Below are positions 34,949 to 40,160 of a stretch of 40,160 nucleotides of DNA, piece after piece. The stretch is taken from IMG/VR virus record IMGVR_UViG_3300037311_000443, positions 1 through 40,160 of that record. The stretch is one strand, 5' to 3'. The notes under the pieces are model-generated. The model was not told where the DNA came from. It did not search any database and saw nothing but the letters and a program-made list of their open reading frames with translations. Made by a program: the position numbers and the translations under genes. Each line of letters begins with the position of its first letter. Within the stretch, counting starts at the first letter, position 1. This DNA is from a virus. Lineage: Duplodnaviria; Caudoviricetes.

Positions 34949-36009
34949 TGGCTCGGCGGTTCAACGTCAACACGCTGCAGAAGACCGCCGGCGGTGAGTT
35001 CATCGGCCGCTACCTCTTCGCGCTAAAGAACTTTCTCGTCACCGAGCTCGGGCTCACGGTGCGAGGGAGCGGCGACGGCTCGGGGCGCTACGCGTGGGAT
35101 GGGATCACGGCAGCGCTCGACCTCGCGCAGCAGGGCGCGGGCGGCGACTTCGACTGCTGGCTCACCGGGAACTCACGCACCGAGAACAACGCAGCCGCGA
35201 CAGCGGGCGACGCGGGAAACTTCGGTGCGTGGATCGTGCTCGAGGACGCGAGCGGTCGGCAGTTCTTGATCACGGGGCACTCGACGTCGACAGCTTCTGC
35301 CTCGTTCTCAGGCCATGGACGGGTCATTGTCGCCCGGGCCGGCAGCGGCGGGTTCAACGCGGCCTCCGCGAGCGCCACTACGTTTCCGGCCGCACCTTCG
35401 TCCGGGGCCGGAAACGAACAAGCTCTGATCGGGTCGCGCGCGTCCGGCGCCGCTTGGATGCTCACGAACCAAACCGGGTACGTCCATCTGTGGGGCGACG
35501 ACTCGTCGCAGGTGGACCTCGAAGCGCCGAGCGGCGAGCGCTACGTGGGCGAGACCGACGGGGGGCTTCCGTGGGGGATATGGCCCGTGACGGGAACCGG
35601 AGCGATCGGAGGTTCGTACTTGTCCGTCGAGCCGGTTGCCTTCGGTGCAGAAGCCGACGACGAGGACCCCTGCGTGTACATCACCGCGGGATCGGCATCG
35701 TGGGCGGGGTACGCGTGGGACGGTGTCAATGCGTTCCGAACCCTTTCCTCGCTCGCGGTTCACTCGTTCTTCCCGAACGCTGGCGCTGCCGATCCGTCTG
35801 GGACCCGCGCACTCGCGCCCATCCAGGGATCGACACAGACCGTGGAGCTGTTCAAGGGCACGCCGCATCCGACGGGCCTGCGCATGAGCGCGATCACCGA
35901 CGGGTGGGGCAACTACGGTCTCGATCAGTTCGGCGAGGGATGGGCGTCGACCGCCGTCGGCGGGATCATGATCCCGTGGCCCGACGCCGTAATGCTTCCG
36001 CTTCCGTGA
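34948..36009 (+). CDS. Putative structural / receptor-binding protein
   Basis: Gly/Ser/Trp-rich, beta-type 353 aa. Atypical codon usage. TGATG coupling. Confidence 0.55.
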   Translation: MARRFNVNTLQKTAGGEFIGRYLFALKNFLVTELGLTVRGSGDGSGRYAWDGITAALDLAQQGAGGDFDCWLTGNSRTENNAAATAGDAGNFGAWIVLEDASGRQFLITGHSTSTASASFSGHGRVIVARAGSGGFNAASASATTFPAAPSSGAGNEQALIGSRASGAAWMLTNQTGYVHLWGDDSSQVDLEAPSGERYVGETDGGLPWGIWPVTGTGAIGGSYLSVEPVAFGAEADDEDPCVYITAGSASWAGYAWDGVNAFRTLSSLAVHSFFPNAGAADPSGTRALAPIQGSTQTVELFKGTPHPTGLRMSAITDGWGNYGLDQFGEGWASTAVGGIMIPWPDAVMLPLP

Positions 36010-36016
36010 GGTCACG

Positions 36017-36412
36017 ATGCCCGTGCAGGACTACCGCACCGTCTGGCCTGGCCCGCTCTCGCGATACCTCCGCGGGGGCGCCTCGGTCGCACCGACGCCG
36101 CCCGGCCCTTCACCGCTGATCGAGTGGCTCGATCCCGCGCCTTCCACGCCTATCGCACGAGACCAGGCGATCACCGTGCGCATCACCGATGCAAACCTCG
36201 AGCTCGCGGTCCTCTCCGCGCGGTTCGCATCGATCGGCGTCGAAGAGGTGGTGTGGCGCGACGGAGCCTTCGCGGCGCGCTACGCGTCGAGCGGTCTCGT
36301 GATCGCGGGCGCCGCCCGCACGTTCACGATCCGACGCACGGGCGGATGGCCCGCGTCAGTGCGCCTCGCAGTCGACGCGGTCGACGCGGATGGGCAGGTG
36401 GGCAGTGAGTGA
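36017..36412 (+). CDS. Small Ig-like structural protein
   Basis: P.PSTPI......VRITD...GGWP....L.VDAVD.DG. Confidence 0.55.
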   Translation: MPVQDYRTVWPGPLSRYLRGGASVAPTPPGPSPLIEWLDPAPSTPIARDQAITVRITDANLELAVLSARFASIGVEEVVWRDGAFAARYASSGLVIAGAARTFTIRRTGGWPASVRLAVDAVDADGQVGSE

Positions 36413-37148
36413 AGCCGAGTTCCCGCTCTCGCCCGATCCGACTCCGACGCCGGAGCCGCTCGATCCGCCGGGCGACTACTTCCAGCGGCTCGTGCTGCGC
36501 GTCGTGCCGCCGTGGCTCTTGCGTGCTCGAGGAGCGCGCTACCTGCAGTCGGCCGCGGCGATGCTCGACGAGCTCGCGGACCGCACCACGCGCTCCGCGC
36601 AGCTTCGGTTTCCGACCGCGACGCAGGAGGACGCGCTTCCCGCGATCGGGCGCGATCGGAAGATCCAGCGGGGCCCCTCCGAGTCCGCAGCCTCCTACGT
36701 CGCGCGTCTTTGCGTGTGGCTCGACGCGCACGCGAACCGCGGTGGTCCGTACGCGTTGCTCGGCCAGCTCTACGGCTTCCACGGCGGTGCTCGGCCGATC
36801 GACCTCGTGTCGGTCGTCGGCGTCCGCTACGTGCTGAGCACAACGGGCGAGATCACGCGCGAGAGCGGCGTCGTCTGGCTCGAGGAGCCCGGCGCGGACG
36901 TCGCGCGGTGGGCGCGTGTCTGGGTGATCCACCGCTACGACGCCGATCCGGGCGCGCTCACCGCGACGCAGCGCGCACAGTTCCTGTCGGTGCCGCTCGC
37001 ATGGAACGGGGGGCACTCGATCATGAGGGTCGGGCTCGCGTGGGACGGCTTCTGCACCGTCTGGGACTACGCGTGGACGGCGACGTGGGACGAGCTCGAT
37101 GCGCTCGGCCTCACCTGGGACGAGTTCGAGTCGCGAGGAGTCTACTGA
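36405..37148 (+). CDS. Baseplate wedge protein (P2 gpI / Mu gp48-like)
   Basis: DALPAIGRDR.I.RG..E....Y..RL..W......GG...L. Confidence 0.65.
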   Translation: MSEAEFPLSPDPTPTPEPLDPPGDYFQRLVLRVVPPWLLRARGARYLQSAAAMLDELADRTTRSAQLRFPTATQEDALPAIGRDRKIQRGPSESAASYVARLCVWLDAHANRGGPYALLGQLYGFHGGARPIDLVSVVGVRYVLSTTGEITRESGVVWLEEPGADVARWARVWVIHRYDADPGALTATQRAQFLSVPLAWNGGHSIMRVGLAWDGFCTVWDYAWTATWDELDALGLTWDEFESRGVY

Positions 37149-37149
37149 G

Positions 37150-37788
37150 ATGCCGATCACCCTCACCGAGACCGTCGACCGCGAGTCGATCGAAGTACCC
37201 GCCGGCGGCGAAGGCGTCAGCCGCGCGGCGCTGGTCGTCGCTTTCCAGACCATCGCAAATCGACTCGCCTACCTCGAGACGCGGCTCGGGTGGCCTGCGC
37301 TCGAGCGCGTGGCGTGGATACCCGCGAGCGCCTTCGCACCGGCGGGCACCGCGTCGCTCGCCTACAGCGGCTCGGGCACCTTCGGGATCGAGGGGCCGCA
37401 CCTGCTGCTCCCCGCCGGCACGCTCGCGGACTTCCCGCTCTCTGCGCTCTACCCGGCGAACGCGCGGATCCAGGAGGTGCGCGTGATCGGGTCGCTCGAT
37501 GACGCCGGCGACGAGCTCAAGGTGCAGCGCGTCGTGTACCCGCTCGACCCCACGAGCGGCGACGCGCCCGGCTACGTGAAGGACCTCGTCACCACGCCCG
37601 CGGCGGTCGGTGGCTTCGACGAGACGTTCACGCACGTCGGCGCGTGGGACACGATCCCCTGGTACAACGCCGACCTCGTGTTCGGCGCGAACCGCGGAAC
37701 GACCGCGCTACGCTTGCGGGCCGACGCGGGCAACGCGAACCCGGTCGCGGTCTTCGGCGTTCGCCTCACGCTGCAGCTCGCGCCGTGA
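37150..37788 (+). CDS. Short tail fibre-like protein
   Basis: VP..GE...Q.IANRLAYL N-terminus typical of fibres after gpI, followed by a beta-rich C-domain. Confidence 0.55.
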   Translation: MPITLTETVDRESIEVPAGGEGVSRAALVVAFQTIANRLAYLETRLGWPALERVAWIPASAFAPAGTASLAYSGSGTFGIEGPHLLLPAGTLADFPLSALYPANARIQEVRVIGSLDDAGDELKVQRVVYPLDPTSGDAPGYVKDLVTTPAAVGGFDETFTHVGAWDTIPWYNADLVFGANRGTTALRLRADAGNANPVAVFGVRLTLQLAP

Positions 37789-37792
37789 CGAG

Positions 37793-37820
37793 GTGTTTAC
37801 CGGACGAATCCGGTTAACAC
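37793..37820. promoter_or_regulatory. Palindrome between tail and lysis modules
   Basis: GTGTTTACCGGA-CGAA-TCCGGTTAACAC (12-bp arms, 1 mismatch), similar to 21354-21376. Confidence 0.55.
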
Positions 37821-37939
37821 GCGGAAGTGTCGCGCGCCGCCGCGCTCGCGCGAGCAGTCTGCTCGACGTGTCCGCCCGTGCTGACGATCCGACGCTGCCC
37901 GGCCGAATCGGCGCGCGCCGTGCGCTGTCGGTGCAGTCG

Positions 37940-38230
37940 ATGCGGCTCGGTGACGAGCTCCGGCCGATCCTGGCCCGATGGGCGACCGCGGAGACGCGTG
38001 AAGAGCGCATCACGACGTGGGTGGACGTTCTCGAGGCGATCGCCGCCGATGGCTACCGCCGACGTGAAGACCTCGAGCGCGAGAACGCGCAGCTGCGCGG
38101 CGAACTCGATCAGACGAAGCAAGCGCTCTCGCTCTCGGAAGAGCACCGCGCCGCCATCCGCCAGGGCGCGGACACCGAGATCCGGCGACTGCGTGAGCGC
38201 ATCAGAGCGCTGGGAGGCGACGAGCGATGA
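37940..38230 (+). CDS. Coiled-coil hypothetical protein
   Basis: MRLGDELRP... ATGA overlap with the next gene. Confidence 0.55.
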   Translation: MRLGDELRPILARWATAETREERITTWVDVLEAIAADGYRRREDLERENAQLRGELDQTKQALSLSEEHRAAIRQGADTEIRRLRERIRALGGDER

Positions 38231-38622
38231 GCGACGTCGGTACGTATCTCGGCGCTCTCGGAGGTCTCGGAGGCCTCGTGGCGCTGCTCACCGTGATCGT
38301 GCGCTGGCAGTCAGGCCTCACGGGGCGCGCGTCCGAAGAGCTTCTCTCCGTCGTGGCATCGCTCCGCGCGGAGGTCGCCGCACTGCGCGCCGAAGGCGAG
38401 AAGACGCAGCGCGAGCTCGATGCGACGAAGGTCGACCTCGCCGCCGCGCGCGATCTCGAGCGCGGCCTCCGGCACGAGCTCACGCAGCACGCCCGCCAGC
38501 TCGCGGAGTCGCGCGAGCGGATCGCGCAGCTCGAGCGTGAGCGGCGCGAAGCGCGTGAAGCGCTGGCCGACGAGCTGCTCGAAGCGGCTCGCATGCGTCG
38601 CGACCTCAAACCCACTGGATGA
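38227..38622 (+). CDS. N-terminal TM + coiled-coil protein (lysis cassette; i-spanin- or holin-like)
   Basis: LGALGGLGGLVALLTVIV followed by long heptad repeats. Confidence 0.55.
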   Translation: MSDVGTYLGALGGLGGLVALLTVIVRWQSGLTGRASEELLSVVASLRAEVAALRAEGEKTQRELDATKVDLAAARDLERGLRHELTQHARQLAESRERIAQLERERREAREALADELLEAARMRRDLKPTG

Positions 38623-38650
38623 CGTCGGCGACGCCGACGAAGGAGACCCC

Positions 38651-39205
38651 ATGCGCCTACGCATTCCACCGCTGCTCGTGCTCTTCGTGCTCTCGATTGC
38701 GTGTCTGCTCGATCCCGGCTTCGCCTCCGCGCAGGAGGTCGCGGCGCCCCCGGAGGGCTCGGTGATCAGTCCGTACCTGCGCGTCATCCTCGACGAGCTC
38801 GGCGCGGTGATCTTCCCCGTCCTCTCGGCCGCGCTCACCGCCCTCGTCGGTGGGCTGATCCACCTCGTCGCGAGACGTCTGGGCGTGGAGAAGGCCGCGC
38901 GCGAGCTCGGCCTCTACGAGCTGTCGCGCAAGATCGCGAGCGACGCGGTCGCACGGGCCGAGCACAAGACCGCCGTGTTCGTGAGGGAGGGACACTCGCT
39001 CCCCGACGGCGCGCAAAAGCTGCAGTGGGCGCTCGACTTCGCGATCCCCGAAGCGAAGAGACGCGGCCTCGCGAAGTGGGCCTCCGACGAGATCGTGAAG
39101 ATGATCGAGGCGCGCCTCGGTGATCCCGACTCGCCGGGCGGATCGTACCGCGCCGATGCGGAGATCCTTCGGCTTCGCGGCGCGGAGGTGGATCCGTGGG
39201 CCTGA
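38651..39205 (+). CDS. Holin, LL-H-like
   Basis: AGGAG RBS, TM helices, AV..AE...GAQKL..A......I...IEA motif. Confidence 0.6.
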   Translation: MRLRIPPLLVLFVLSIACLLDPGFASAQEVAAPPEGSVISPYLRVILDELGAVIFPVLSAALTALVGGLIHLVARRLGVEKAARELGLYELSRKIASDAVARAEHKTAVFVREGHSLPDGAQKLQWALDFAIPEAKRRGLAKWASDEIVKMIEARLGDPDSPGGSYRADAEILRLRGAEVDPWA

Positions 39206-39678
39206 ACGCGATCTTCACGCCGCGCGCGTTCGTGCTCGGCGCGATCGCGAAGATCGCGCTCACGATCGTCGTGCTGCTCTCCGGCTGCAGCGCCTCCGCG
39301 CTCCGCGCGCACGCGTCGACGGCACGTCTCACCCGGCCCGCGATCGACGGCGTCGCCGCCGGCCTTGAGGAGGCGTGCTCGGTCGAGCGCGCCGAGGCGC
39401 TCGGCCGCGCCGGCGACGTCGCCGGCTACGCGCAGCTCCGGGAACGGTGCGCGCGCGGGAAGGCCTCGCACGAGACCGTGCGGCAGGCGTGGATCACGTA
39501 CCTCGACGCGGTGCTCGCTGGCGCGAGCGGGGGCGACGTCGACATCGGTGACGTGCTCGCGTGGGGCGTGCGCCTCGCCGCGACGTACCACGCACTCGCC
39601 GAGCTCCTAAGAGAGCTCGGCCGTGACCCGCCCCCGCTTCCTGCCCAGCTCGAGCAGCTCGTACGGAGGGCACGATGA
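39196..39678 (+). CDS. Lipoprotein (o-spanin candidate)
   Basis: IALTIVVLLSG-C lipobox. Helical, two more Cys. Located in the lysis cassette. Confidence 0.55.
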   Translation: MGLNAIFTPRAFVLGAIAKIALTIVVLLSGCSASALRAHASTARLTRPAIDGVAAGLEEACSVERAEALGRAGDVAGYAQLRERCARGKASHETVRQAWITYLDAVLAGASGGDVDIGDVLAWGVRLAATYHALAELLRELGRDPPPLPAQLEQLVRRAR

Positions 39679-40160
39679 GCGCTGACGTCGCCGGCATCAT
39701 CCGCGCCGTGCTCGAGGGCGCCGTCGCCACTGCTTCGGCCGCAACGGGCATGTCGAAGGCGCAGAGCCGCGAAGCGCTTCTCGCGGAGCTCGGTGAGCTC
39801 CGCGCCTCCCCTCCCCGCAAGGCGGACGTCGACGTCGACGAGCTCGACGCGGCGTTCGAGCGGGGCCGCGCGGCGTCGGCGCCGCCGGTGATCCCGCGCC
39901 TGCGCCCCGAGCTGCTCGATCGCGCGCGTCCAGCTCTCGACCGCGTGGGTCTCTACGTGGACGACATCGAGCGCCTGCAGCTCGCGCCGCGGCCCCTCGC
40001 GATCGTTCGTGCGCTCGAGCACGCCGCCGCCGCCATCGCGCTCGAACTCCCGGACGACGGTGCGCGGCAGTACGCGCTCGAGCGACTGAAGATGGCCGCG
40101 GTGCTCGTGATCGACAATCACCCCGACGGCCGCGTCACCGAGGAGCCGCCGGCGCCGTGA
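39675..40160 (+). CDS. Hypothetical protein
   Basis: 161 aa, ATGA overlap. Confidence 0.55.
   Translation: MSADVAGIIRAVLEGAVATASAATGMSKAQSREALLAELGELRASPPRKADVDVDELDAAFERGRAASAPPVIPRLRPELLDRARPALDRVGLYVDDIERLQLAPRPLAIVRALEHAAAAIALELPDDGARQYALERLKMAAVLVIDNHPDGRVTEEPPAP

Larger units (their letters stand above)
255..40160. mobile_element. Integrated temperate prophage (Mu-like head, contractile tail, tyrosine integrase); right boundary not in window
   Basis: Integrase next to a tRNA, cI/cro switch, replication, packaging, head, tail and lysis modules in canonical order. Near-continuous ATGA/GTGA/TGATG gene overlaps. Confidence 0.95.

Noticed and set aside
34948-37788. Possible diversity-generating retroelement or invertible fibre cassette
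   Set aside because: No reverse transcriptase, no TR/VR pair and no invertase or flanking inverted repeats seen.
255-40160. attR copy of the tRNA 3' end
   Set aside because: Not seen by eye in the window. The prophage evidently continues past 40160.

Overview
Almost the whole window is one GC-rich temperate prophage with a contractile tail. It is integrated at the 3' end of a tRNA-Arg(UCU) gene (181-254). The right end (attR, endolysin) lies beyond the window. The host is probably a myxobacterium-like organism, inferred only from composition (very high GC, abundant TCGA/CTCGAG/CGATCG). From left to right: (1) a tyrosine integrase whose reading frame runs antisense through the tRNA; (2) a leftward early operon with paralogous XRE HTHs, a DnaC/IstB-like ATPase, an ASCH-like protein, a three-member paralogue family and a strongly structured intergenic RNA; (3) an immunity region with a lipoprotein, an ImmA/IrrE protease converging on a cI-like repressor, cro- and cII-like genes and shared operators; (4) a rightward early operon with a sigma-70 region-4 protein, a replication initiator containing 11-bp iterons, a RuvC-like resolvase, a ParB-like protein and an adenine methylase; (5) a collagen fibre module; (6) a packaging module in which terL is flanked by two paralogous HTH genes carrying many GGTTAC/GTAACC boxes; (7) a Mu-like head; (8) a sheath/tube/baseplate tail with a frameshifted chaperone; (9) the start of a lysis cassette. 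The most interesting candidates are the paired-HTH/GTAACC-box system around the terminase, the c4-like structured RNA at about 7.0 kb, the attachment site inside the integrase gene, and the protease-controlled repressor switch. All protein calls come from motif recognition by eye; no database search was run.
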